Positions 46,679 to 56,711 of a stretch of DNA of 64,000 nt are shown piece by piece (position 1 is the stretch's first letter; every line of letters starts with the position of its first letter). A program made the position numbers and the translations under genes. Below the pieces are notes generated by a model. That model had not been told where the DNA came from. It worked only from the letters and a program-made list of their open reading frames with translations, and did no database searches. The DNA is from Candidatus Bathyarchaeota archaeon (GTDB lineage Archaea; Thermoproteota; Bathyarchaeia; Bathyarchaeales; Bathycorpusculaceae): contig CAWDYC010000004.1 of NCBI GenBank assembly GCA_963806535.1, positions 192,001-256,000 of the forward strand, given 5' to 3'.

Positions 46679-47869
46679 TTGGGTAAGCGTGAAGAGGATG
46701 AGCTATGGTCTGGTTATGTTTCTTCTTTAGATAAGTCTGAGAGAGTTAAGGCTCGTCAGTGTAAGCATGATTTTGACGTCAAGATGTTTGGTGAGCCTGT
46801 TCATAGATTGACGGGTCAGAAACCTAAAGAGGTTAAGTTTGTTGAAGTTGTTGATGATTCTTCTGAGTCTGAGCCTGATGGTTATGCTCCCATTATTATG
46901 GGTTACCAACGTGTTGGTCATGGTAAAAAGACTAACGATAAGTGTGGTCAATTTATGGGTAATAAGGTTTGTTTGCGTACTGAGTTGCATCATAATAGTT
47001 TGGATGGTTCTATTCATGAGGGTGATGTTTTTGTTCGTAAGAAACATCATCATTGTTTTAATTGGCGTTGTCCAATTTGTTATAAATATTCTTCTGCGGT
47101 TCGTGAAGCTGGCCGTATAAAGCAACGTATTAATGAAGCTTCTAAGCGGTTTGGTGCGAAGCCTGAGCATGGGATTGTTAGTTTTTCAGAGGAAGATAGG
47201 GTTTTGTCTGTGGAAAAGTTGCTTGCTAAAGCTGTTAAGGGTCTTTATGCTCGGGGAATAACAGGTGGTTCTCTTATCCTACATTTGGAGCGTTATCGTT
47301 CTTCTGACTTTGTTCGGGGGGGCATTCGGCATATGAGTGAATGGTATTTTTCGCCTCACGTACATTTTTTGGGTTTTTTTAAAAATGAGTATGGTCGTTG
47401 TCGGAATTGTAAGTGCTATGATGAGTGGGGTTCTAAGAGTACGAAGGGGCATACTCGTCATACTAATCATGGGGGTTCTGCTTGTTTAGGCTGTTCTGGT
47501 TTTGAAGGTTTGACCAGAAGGTTGTATGAGAAGGATGGTTTAATCGTTAAGGTTATGGGTGAGCGAAAGAGTATTTTTGGGACTGCATACTATGAACTTA
47601 ATCATGCTTCGGTTAAGGTTGATAAGAAGCGTTTTCAGATTGTTCATTGGTTTGGTAATTGTAGTAAGCGTAAATTGAAGGTTGTTTTTGAAAAGAATAA
47701 GCAGGTTTGTCCTTGCTGTTTGCATGAGTTGGTTGATGCTCGTTATTTTGGTTCTATGGAGTTTGTAACTTCTTTGGATTCACCTTTTTATGAGCGTGAT
47801 ATGTGGCTTCCAATGAATGAGTATGGTCGTGATGTTTGGGTTGAGAAGGCTACGTGTGGTTCGGGTTAG
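46679..47869 (+). CDS. HUH-superfamily rolling-circle replication initiator with Zn-binding motifs
   Basis: HHCFNWRCPIC, motif 1 EHGIVS, motif 2 YFSPHVHFLG (HUH), motif 3 TAYYELNH, C-terminal CPCC. Confidence 0.82.
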   Translation: MGKREEDELWSGYVSSLDKSERVKARQCKHDFDVKMFGEPVHRLTGQKPKEVKFVEVVDDSSESEPDGYAPIIMGYQRVGHGKKTNDKCGQFMGNKVCLRTELHHNSLDGSIHEGDVFVRKKHHHCFNWRCPICYKYSSAVREAGRIKQRINEASKRFGAKPEHGIVSFSEEDRVLSVEKLLAKAVKGLYARGITGGSLILHLERYRSSDFVRGGIRHMSEWYFSPHVHFLGFFKNEYGRCRNCKCYDEWGSKSTKGHTRHTNHGGSACLGCSGFEGLTRRLYEKDGLIVKVMGERKSIFGTAYYELNHASVKVDKKRFQIVHWFGNCSKRKLKVVFEKNKQVCPCCLHELVDARYFGSMEFVTSLDSPFYERDMWLPMNEYGRDVWVEKATCGSG

Positions 47870-47881
47870 TGGTAACTCTGA

Positions 47882-48163
47882 ATGCTAATGGAGTGTTATT
47901 TGATTATGAAGTATGAAACTTTGAGGAGAATTGAAAAAAATGGTGTTTATATTGCTGAATTTGACCCCAAGGTTCATTGTAAATATAACCCGAATGTTTT
48001 ATGCATTAGATTATATCTTGGTAAGTTTGAGTGTTCTGGTTTTGTTGATAATAAGAAACAGTTTAAGGAAAAACATGAAATGGAAATTGTTTTTTGGCAT
48101 TTGTTTTGTGGTGGTGTTGATGGGTTTTTTGGTTCATTGGTGTTCATATTTATTTGTGTTTAA
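47882..48163 (+). CDS. Hypothetical protein of the element
   Basis: ORF directly after rep; the C-terminal part overlaps a second hydrophobic reading frame. Confidence 0.45.
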   Translation: MLMECYLIMKYETLRRIEKNGVYIAEFDPKVHCKYNPNVLCIRLYLGKFECSGFVDNKKQFKEKHEMEIVFWHLFCGGVDGFFGSLVFIFICV

Positions 48164-48181
48164 ATTGTTTTTATGTTTTGC

Positions 48182-49172
48182 TTATTTTCTTATTCTGAAG
48201 TATTGGTATCCGTCTGCTTCTGTTATTTTCTGGTAGCCTGCGTCTGATAGTTCTATGATGCGTTTTCCTGTGTTTGGTTCTCCTAATTTTACTGCTTCGG
48301 TTTTGTATTCTTCTGGTTCGTCTAAGTTTATGCTTCTTATGTAGCCCAATGTTGTTTCAAGTTGTTTGTGTCTCATAAATCTCATGGTGGCTATTGGGTC
48401 GTGTTTGCCTTCGTGTTTGTAGAATTGTTCTCCTGCGTAGTTTCTTAGGTTTTTTAGGTTTATTAGGTCTAATTCGGGTTTGCATAGTTTTTTTGCTATT
48501 TTTCGTCTGGCTTGTCGCCATGCTTCGCCTTGTGCTTTTGCTTCTGGAAATGGTTGTTCTTTGTTTGTTGTTTTTGATAGGTAAATTCTGAGCATTTCTG
48601 CGGTTTCTGATTTTAGTTTATAGCTTCCGTTGTTGTGTCCTTTTGTGCCTGTTACGGTTAGTTTTCCTTCTTCTTTGTCTATCATTGTTCCTTTTATTCT
48701 GTGTAGTTCTTCGGGTTCTATTGCGGTTTGTGATAGGGTTGTGAATATTGCGGTGTATTTGGTTGATGCCGTGTTTATGATTAGATTCACGTTTTCTTTT
48801 GATGGGATTAGTGGTATTGGGGCTTCGTATTCCATTTTTGGCTTGTCGAATGGGATTTGGTTTTGTTCGCAAAATACGCTGTAATGTTCTAAGATTCTCT
48901 TTTTATAGCCGTTGCTTAGTGTTTTGTTTTTCATGTCGGGTCTTGAGCCTTTTAGCTGTGTTAGAATGTAGAGAAGTGTTTTTGTGCTGTCGAATAGATT
49001 GCAGTTGTCTGCTAATACTGCGAAACTGCTTTGATATTTTGAGATGGTTTGTTGGCTTCTGCCTTTTAGTTTGACTGCTTCGATTGTGTTTTCGATTGCT
49101 GTTTTGGTTCTTTCGTCTAATGGTTTTCTGGCTACTTGTGCGAAATAATGGCGGGTTGTCGTAAAACCAGCC
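48182..49172 (-). CDS. Tyrosine recombinase/integrase, large C-terminal fragment int(C)
   Basis: GTKG, KNLRNY, MRHKQLETTLGY catalytic motifs; frame is open for 79 codons upstream of Met 48934, up to attR, with no ATG/GTG/TTG. Confidence 0.9.
49156..49172 (+). repeat. attR, 17-bp direct repeat TTGTCGTAAAACCAGCC
   Basis: Identical to 44030-44046. Confidence 0.95.
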
Positions 49173-49222
49173 GAGCAAAAAGCTTAATTCTCCAAACTAC
49201 CGAATACCAATAGAAGGTGTAA

Positions 49223-50092
49223 ATGTTGTCAGAAGTTTTAGCTCCAGTAGTAGGATTCATAGGAATCGTAATTGCTCTTTTTCTGTTAAGCGGTATACGC
49301 GTGCTCAGAGAATGGGAGCGAATGCCCGTTTTAAGACTTGGACGCTATGTCGGTTTAAAAGGTCCTGGAATAATCTATCTTGTTCCATTAATTGACAGAG
49401 CACCACTAAAAATCTCAACGAGATTAGACACTATCCAATTCCGCACAGAATCAACCTTAACCAAAGACAACGTTCCGGTAAATGTTGATTCAGTATTATA
49501 CATGAAACCTGTGGATTTGGAAAAGGCTGTGTTGGCCGTTGAAAATTACTATCAAGCGACTCAATTAGCTTCACAAACGACCTTGCGGGAAGTCATCGGC
49601 AAAGTAAGTCTCAACGAGTTGCTAGCTGAACGGGAAAAAGTTGGAGCGCGCCTGCGAGAAATCATCGATGAAAAAACTGAGTCATGGGGAATCAAAGTTA
49701 CATCCGTTGAAGTCCGAGACGTTATCATCCCTGCCAACCTTCAAGACGCTATGAGCCGCCAAGCACAAGCTGAACGAGAACGAATTGCAAGAGTAACCTT
49801 AGCCACAGCTGAGTTCGAAGCATCGGCAAAAATGATTGAGGCAGCAAAAATGTATGAGGCAAGTCCAGAAGGCTTGAGACTTAGATGGATGAACATACTC
49901 TATGAGTTGGGTCAGCAATCTCAAACAAATACGATAATGTTGGTGCCTGCATCTATGCCCGAGGCAGGTTGGCCGCCAATCGGCACTTACGGCTTCAAAG
50001 ACCTAACCACGGCACAACAAGCTCAAGCGGCAAAGAAGAAGCCATTGGTGAATCAAGAGTCGCCCCCACAAACATCTGAACAACCAGAGTAA
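49223..50092 (+). CDS. Stomatin/SPFH (band 7, slipin) protein
   Basis: RLGRY...GPG, LTKDNVPVNVD, QTTLREVIG, WGIKVTSVEVRDV, AMSRQAQAERER. Confidence 0.95.
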   Translation: MLSEVLAPVVGFIGIVIALFLLSGIRVLREWERMPVLRLGRYVGLKGPGIIYLVPLIDRAPLKISTRLDTIQFRTESTLTKDNVPVNVDSVLYMKPVDLEKAVLAVENYYQATQLASQTTLREVIGKVSLNELLAEREKVGARLREIIDEKTESWGIKVTSVEVRDVIIPANLQDAMSRQAQAERERIARVTLATAEFEASAKMIEAAKMYEASPEGLRLRWMNILYELGQQSQTNTIMLVPASMPEAGWPPIGTYGFKDLTTAQQAQAAKKKPLVNQESPPQTSEQPE

Positions 50093-50125
50093 TACTTTTT
50101 TTCTTTTCTTTTTTTGTTTGCAAGT

Positions 50126-51160
50126 TCATAGGCACTGGACTGTTTTTACTGCTTTCACCGTGTGCTCTAGTAACAATGCGGCTGCTTCTTGACTTGGCCA
50201 ACCGCCTAAACCGCAGTCAGGACCCGTAAACGTCATCCGTTCGCCATACTTTTCCTTTGGCAAATCTGTATCTTTTCCTTATAACTTCCTCAGTTTCAAC
50301 CAATTGCTCTGCTGAAGGTTTAGCTATGCCTTTCTCGTAGAGCTCGGCTAAAATAGCGTCAATGTCTGTTCTGGAAATACCTACTCTGATTTGCTTATCC
50401 GCCTGCTCCAGCATACTTTTGGGAACTGCGTCAATGTTGCCTGGTGAAGCCGCATATTCAAACGATAAGACATCAAGGTTTTTGACGCATAGTAAATCGT
50501 GGACTCCAGCAGTTGAATGCAAGTGGATTTGTCGTGTGGCTCCTTGGAAATCAAAGGCTTTCTCAAGCACCCTGCAAATCACGTCGGATGTGGCTTGGAT
50601 GTTGTTTAAGCCGAAGCTTGGCTCATCAATCGATACAACCTTTGTCTCAACATACTTGTTGTTGAAGATACTATTTTTTGCAAATCGTCTAATTGTCTCT
50701 GCCAACGCATCCAATACATCTTCATAAGGAGTTTTTCCGATTTCAAGCAAATATTGCTCAAGCGGACCAAAAATTGACACCCGCAACTGGATTTTTTTGC
50801 CAAACTCCTCACTCAATGCTTTGGCCTGTTGATTGATTAAATACACTTCAGGCAGTATGGCGTTTTTTTCTTCCACAAGAAATGAACCCGCTATCCATTG
50901 CAACATGAATTACATCGCCGATTTGTTTCATGCCGTCGTAATGCTGGGGAAAATTAACTACATCTAAGCCTGAGGCAATTTTTTTCTTAAAAGAATCAAG
51001 CACAACTTTGACGAAGTTATTGTTTAGAAAATCATCTTTTGTTATATCTTTGCCTTGAATGATGTTTTCTCTTGCAAGCTGATACGCTTTGCTAAAGCTT
51101 TCTCTATTCACTCCCATGCGGCAACGGGAAACTGCCTATGTCATCAACTAAAGTATCCAT
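50126..51160 (-). CDS. Single-barrel methionine synthase-like protein (MetE C-terminal/core family), frameshifted
   Basis: DDIGSFP, SIDEPS, IHLHS and GPDCGLGGW Zn-site motifs. Confidence 0.8.
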
Positions 51161-51229
51161 AAACAACTATTGGCGACAGAAATTCTATTAAACCTAACCC
51201 TACCTTTACACCGCTGAAAGGTATGAGTC

Positions 51230-51662
51230 ATGTCTGAATGCATATTCTGCCAAATAATTCAAAAACAAGTCTCGGCAAGCATAATCTATGAAGATGAGCA
51301 AGTGGCTGCTTTTTTAAGTAATCGCCCAGTGAATGTGGGGCACACGCTTGTTGTTCCCAAAAAACATTATGAAAACATTTTTGACATTCCTGAGAAAGAA
51401 ACTGCTTATCTTTTCACGATTGCAAAACGGATAGCTCAAGCTGTAAAAGATGCAACAGGAGCCGAGGGCATAAGAATTGTGCAGAACAACGGTGAAGCAG
51501 CTGGACAAGTAATTTTTCATTTGCACGTTCACATTATTCCGCTGAAACCTGCACAACCAATTCAGCCATGATGGTGCTTATCGTGATCCAACTCAGCCTC
51601 GCGATTCGGAAGCATTGGAGAAAGATGCTGAAAAAATAAGACGGAATCTGCCTCTTTCTTAA
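51230..51662 (+). CDS. HIT-family nucleotide hydrolase (3' frameshift)
   Basis: CIFCQI, GHTLVVPKKH, AGQVIFHLHVHIIP. Confidence 0.95.
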
Positions 51663-51838
51663 AGTCATTTTCATTTGTAAAATCCCTTTCTTTTTAGATG
51701 GAAAAATTAACCATAATTCTAAATGTAGTTTTCTAACTGCAGCAAACTTACCAGCCAGATTAACTAAACCTTGCTTTTTCAGGAACAGCTATAAAAGAGG
51801 GAAAAACAATCATTGCGTACATCACAAGCGGAATAAAC

Positions 51839-52189
51839 ATGACGGAACAACCTAACAACGAACCAAACAGCAATAACCAACCTACCTCCCAAATCGAGAA
51901 ACTTTTAATCGACGACCCCTCAAACTTCCAGTTCCATGCTGCATACCTTGTTTACTCAGAAACTTTTGACGGTGGAAATGAGGATGCGAAAAAAGAACTT
52001 AATCAGAATATTGAAGATTTAAAAGAAAACAAAATTGATGCTCAAACATTTTACGTTAACATTTCACGCTTCCGCAAACTGGATCAGCCGATGGGTAGAC
52101 CAGGAAAATTCACCGTGGCGACTCAGAGAAAGAAAGATTGGCGCATGAAAACCCAGCGATCTGAGCGTATCAAACGACACAAAAAATAA
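51839..52189 (+). CDS. Hypothetical protein with basic C-terminus
   Basis: Clean 116-aa ORF followed by a T-rich tract. Confidence 0.6.
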   Translation: MTEQPNNEPNSNNQPTSQIEKLLIDDPSNFQFHAAYLVYSETFDGGNEDAKKELNQNIEDLKENKIDAQTFYVNISRFRKLDQPMGRPGKFTVATQRKKDWRMKTQRSERIKRHKK

Positions 52190-52411
52190 GTTAAATATTT
52201 TATTTTTTGTATTCTAATTGAGCCGTTTTTAAAATACATGTTTTTTTATTTTGCCTACATTAATAAGACCGCATTTCAGAAAAAAACAACTTCTCGTTTG
52301 TTAGAGTTACGTACAGAATGTTTAAACATGTTTAAACAATTCATAGGGAAGTTTTATCTATAAAACATACATTTCAACAGGGTTATACCCTGAAAACTGG
52401 AGCAAAATTCG

Positions 52412-53189
52412 ATGCCGCAATTAAAAGCCTTTAATGTCGCAATTATAGCTTTATGCGCTGCGCTTTACGCAGTTGTAGGTTACCTAACAAGTTTCAATTT
52501 AAGTTTCGGCGGAGTCGCTTTTTGGCCCGCAGCCTTTGTTCCAGCCATTTTCGCTGTTTTGTTTGGACCTTGGGAAGGCGGCATTGGAGCTGCCATTGGA
52601 ATATTTATTCGAGACAATTTTGTTCACGGGACAAGCGTTGCTAAGCTTAACGGCGGGTGTCACTGCAAATTTTGCGGCGTTTTTCATAATAGGGTATTTT
52701 GCACACACGACGCTTAATCGAAAGAAAACTTTGATTAGTTTAATCATTGGCGCAGGGGTTATTCTTGCAGGTCTTTTGTTACCAACTATTTTGCTTCCAA
52801 CTGAATCCGTGGGTTATACTGGTTTGTCAATGGAAACTATGATTATTCTTTTCAGTGTCCTTATGACTATCTCGCTTGTTCTGTTTGCCGCCATTGCAAA
52901 ATACTGGAATGAATTCAGAAATTTTGGAGTAGGCGCAATAATTGGACAAGCCGTTGGCGCCACAATAGTGGCAGTTGGAGTTTGGGGGTATAGCCAACTT
53001 TTCTACGCTCCCAACGGTTATTTCAAATCACCAATATCTGCGTCCTTCGTGCCAATTCTATTTGTTTGGACATTTGTAACTGAAATACCATTTGTACTCC
53101 TCGTATCGCCTCCCGTTGTAAAAGCCTGTCGAGAAGCTTTCCCATTTCTTAAACTAAGCAACCGAACTGGAAATAAGGCGAAGCAATGA
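52412..53189 (+). CDS. ECF-transporter S-component-like membrane protein, frameshifted
   Basis: ALCAALYAV, FWPA.FVPA.FA.LFGPW.GGIGAAIG.FI.D pattern. Confidence 0.7.
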
Positions 53190-54144
53190 CAAAGACCAAA
53201 ACTGCAAAAGCTTTTGCTCCCGCGGCGATCTCCAGTTTCTTTGAAATTCACGACACCGAAAAAAATAAGCCGATTACTGATTTAGAAAAAGTAGGTTCCA
53301 GAGGGGGCGGCTTTGGGCTACAGAAAGGAGTTTCTACGTGCGTTACGGTTGACGAAGCAAAAACTTCCGACATAACTGTCTTCATTAATGGTAAACGTGC
53401 ACCTGAAGCGAAAACAACCAAGCTGAGTAATTGAAACATTACTTAAGAACCTACAAAAATCGTATGCTGTTATCGTTAACCACAAAATTGAAGTTCCAAT
53501 AGGAACAGGTTTTGGAACAAGCGCAGGAGGAGCATTAACAGCAGGATTAGCTCTCAAAGAAGCATTAGATTTACCTTTAACTTACAACCAAATTGGCAAA
53601 ATAGCGCACGTATGCAGAGATTGAATGTCAAACAGGCTTAGGTACAGTAAGTTCATTAACATCCACTGGTGGCTGCGTTCTTGTCGTTGAACCAGGAGCA
53701 CCTGGAATCTGTCAAATCGACCGCATACCAATAACTCATGACTTCGTTGTAGTGGCTGGTTTTACTCAATCAAACATCCCAAACAAAACAGTTTTAGCAG
53801 ATCCTGAAAAAAGACGACTAATTAACTCCTACGGCAAGAAAACATTGGAGGCAATTCTCGCTAAGCCAAGTCTTGAGAATTTTCTAGAATGCTGCAGTGA
53901 ATTTTCTGAAAAGGCGGGTTTCGCAACACAGAAAACTCGCCAACTAGTCAAATTAGCTAAGAAAGCCGGCGCGGTCGGTGCAGCCCAAAATATGATTGGC
54001 GAAGCAGTCCACGCTCTTGTGCTCAAAGAAAACGCTAATCAGGTGGCAGAAGCTTTTAAGCAAGTTTTGCCCTCTGGAAAAGTGTTTGAGAGCAAAATTG
54101 ATTTCCAAGGCGCTAGGCTGATAGGAAATGAAAAAATACAATAA
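53186..54144 (+). CDS. Pantoate kinase (GHMP family), frameshifted
   Basis: AFAP..ISSFF, GSRGGG, PIGTGFGTSAGGA, TGLGTV, AQNMIGE; adjacent to coaD. Confidence 0.85.
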
Positions 54145-54613
54145 AGTTGCAGTTGGAGGAACCTTTGATGAGCTCCACAGAGGGCATGAAGCTCTAATAA
54201 GTAAGGCTTTTGAAGTTGGCGAAAAAGTTGTTATCGGCTTATCTTCTGACGAATTTGTTTCAAAAATGAGTAAAGCTCACAAAACTGCAAGTTATGCCGA
54301 GAGACTGAATGAACTGCAGGCTTATTTAGAAAAGGCCGGGTTAGCAAACAGGGCAGAAATCGTTCCATTAAACGACCCTTATGGTCTCACAATATCAGGC
54401 AAGGGCTTAGACGCATTGGTTGTTAGTAAAGAAACAGAAGTTATTGCTGAAAAAATCAATGAGATTCGCAATAAAGCAGGGCTTAGCCCGTTAAAAATTG
54501 TTACCGTAAATATGGTTCAAGCAGAAAACTGTATTCCAATCTCTACAACAAGGATTAGAAAAGGAGAAATTGACCGAAATGGTCACATGATGAAAATCAG
54601 TCAAAACCAATGA
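54128..54613 (+). CDS. coaD: Phosphopantetheine adenylyltransferase (archaeal type)
   Basis: VGGTFDELHRGH, DPYG, VVSKET, ISTTRIRKGEID. Confidence 0.92.
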   Translation: MKKYNKVAVGGTFDELHRGHEALISKAFEVGEKVVIGLSSDEFVSKMSKAHKTASYAERLNELQAYLEKAGLANRAEIVPLNDPYGLTISGKGLDALVVSKETEVIAEKINEIRNKAGLSPLKIVTVNMVQAENCIPISTTRIRKGEIDRNGHMMKISQNQ

Positions 54614-54622
54614 TTTTTGCTC

Positions 54623-55554
54623 TTACAATATTTCTCCAACAACATTGATGGGTTTACTAATTAACGATGTTACTTCTTCAAGTTTCTCTTTATCTATTGT
54701 GGCAAGAACGACTGTGGCGGGGCCAGCCGATTTGTTCAAATCTAACCCTTTAACCTCAATCAGCTTTACTTGTCTCCCAACGCCGAATGCCATCATTCTA
54801 GCTTCATCCGCAATGCCAAAAGTGCCTACAGCGAGCAATATCATGTACGTATTTTTTTTGTGAAAGCTGAATTACATTTTTTAAGTCAGCAATTTCTCCT
54901 TTTTTCTCAGCCAAAATAACTTCATCGCCAACTTTAGGTTTGCCAATAGCAATTATTAGGTCGCCAGGGCATGTTTTTCCAAGTCTTAACTCGTCTTCAT
55001 TTGCAAAACCAACGACAGTTAACCCAGCACCAGTCTGGACCGTTTCAAAGTTGTCTTCTGTATTTTCCATGATTACTTGATTTGGGTCAAGACCGATGCT
55101 TCTGGCTTCACGTTTAATGCCCTCTATTATCTGGTTGCCTGTTGGTTCCTTCTCTACGCCTAAGGTGACTGATAAGAGAAGAGGAAAAGCACCTGTCGCA
55201 GTAACATCCATCAAGGCAACTCTTGCCAGAAACTTTCCCAGTACCTGACCATCAACTTTTACTTTATCCATTATTTTTGGACCAACAGCTCCTGATGAAG
55301 TTGAACCTGCTACTATGGCGTGACCTGTTGGAACTTTGAGGATTGAGACATCGCCTCTTCTTGTGTACGTTATTTGGGCAGGTTTTACTTGGAAAACAAT
55401 GGGGCGTAGCATTGTGCCCAACGTTGTCTACAAGGTGTAAATAGATAGTTAATGCTTGGCGCATGACTTCTGATCGAGTAAGGTTGTGTTTTTTTGCTAG
55501 TTTATCGATGTCTGAAGCAATTTTGTCGGGCAAGCGGACGTTTATGATCTCCAT
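54623..55554 (-). CDS. RHH domain probably fused to an alpha-ribazole-kinase-like (PurM/AIRS fold) domain, frameshifted
   Basis: INVRLP...LTRSEVMRQAL followed by GPK..D.VKV..ARVALM, EPTG..IIEGI, TEDNF..VQTG, DL.KSAGPAT. Confidence 0.7.
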
Positions 55555-55738
55555 AGTTAACCAACCGTATTACAATTGTTGTACGTGAAATCTCTTATCC
55601 TTTGTCCCCACACCAAACATATTACGCTGGAATATATTGGCATAATTAGCGCTTAAAAAAGGCTATCTGTTGGTATTTTCAAGCGGTTTAGCGCAAGTGT
55701 TATATGTACTTATACTGTAAAAAGTGTGAGGAATAGCC

Positions 55739-56705
55739 ATGAATAAAAAAATCCTAGCATTAACCCTCGTATTATTATTAACCACCATTTATATTTCATC
55801 GGTGTCAATTTCACCAACTAAAGCCCAGAATACAACCTCTGGGTGGATTACAAGTTATGATATTTACGATTACAATTCCAATCAGCATCTTGCCTAGTTA
55901 TAGTGCATCAACGGGCAATCAATCATTTGACCCAATAGTCACCTGGGGCAGAAGTTAAAGTAACATTCACTATCAATGTTTTCACTGCTGGATCAGGCGA
56001 CCTGAAGCTTTCAACCAGTTTACAAAATCCACCTCAAGGACAATATTGGACACTTAGCAGCCAAAGCACCTATTCGTTAGGCAGCGATTTCAATCCAAAT
56101 TCACAGCAAGCATCATTCAATTGGGTTGTCGGAACCTTTACAATGACTGTTGCTGGTATCGTTCCATCTAAGCTCCTCACAGAGTACCGGAGCTCCTGTA
56201 AACTTAGTAACCCTGTACGGTCCAACCAGTGGCATACCTCTTGATCAAATCACCGTATCATCAGTCAGCGCAGCGATGACTCAGTTCAATACACTGTACA
56301 CGCAAAAAGCAGCGCATCTAAGAACACTTGAATCAGGTGGAGTTGCACAGGGATATGTCGATCTCTACAAAAATGTTCTTAATGAGTCAACAGTCGAAGC
56401 AAATGCAGGCCAAGTTACAAGCGCCATAGCCCTTCTTAAACCAACTGAACATTTCAGATGAACCAGCATCTTCAACAACTCAAGCACTCTTCATACCAAT
56501 AGTCGGTGTCTTAGCTGCTGTAGCAGTCATATTTGCAGTTTTGTTCCTCAGAGTACGCGGAAAAGTTGGATACTTCCAGCTTGTCGTTGAAGACCAAATC
56601 AAAGACTTAGAAGGTTTAACGATGAGGATTTCAAAAATCGACAGAGCAAGTTCATCTAACTTAGAATCAATCAAAGACAGACTCAAAAGATTAGTTGGGA
56701 TGTGA
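55739..56705 (+). CDS. Secreted/single-pass membrane protein with cytoplasmic coiled-coil tail, frameshifted
   Basis: Signal peptide MNKKILALTLVLLLT, Ser/Thr-rich ectodomain, TM IPIVGVLAAVAVIFAVLFL, tail VEDQIKDLEGLTMR...LKRLVGM*. Confidence 0.75.
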
Positions 56706-56711
56706 TAGCAC

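Larger units (their letters stand above)
44030..49172. mobile_element. Integrated rolling-circle plasmid/provirus-like element (5126-bp circle) with split integrase
   Basis: 17-bp direct repeats, tyrosine recombinase, HUH Rep, sharp switch to a G+T-rich plus strand inside the repeats, separation of the nfeD-stomatin pair. Confidence 0.93.

Noticed and set aside
48903-49178. 91-aa basic ORF as the integrase N-terminus via frameshift
   Set aside because: Different frame; the integrase frame itself is open to attR and joins int(N) at attL
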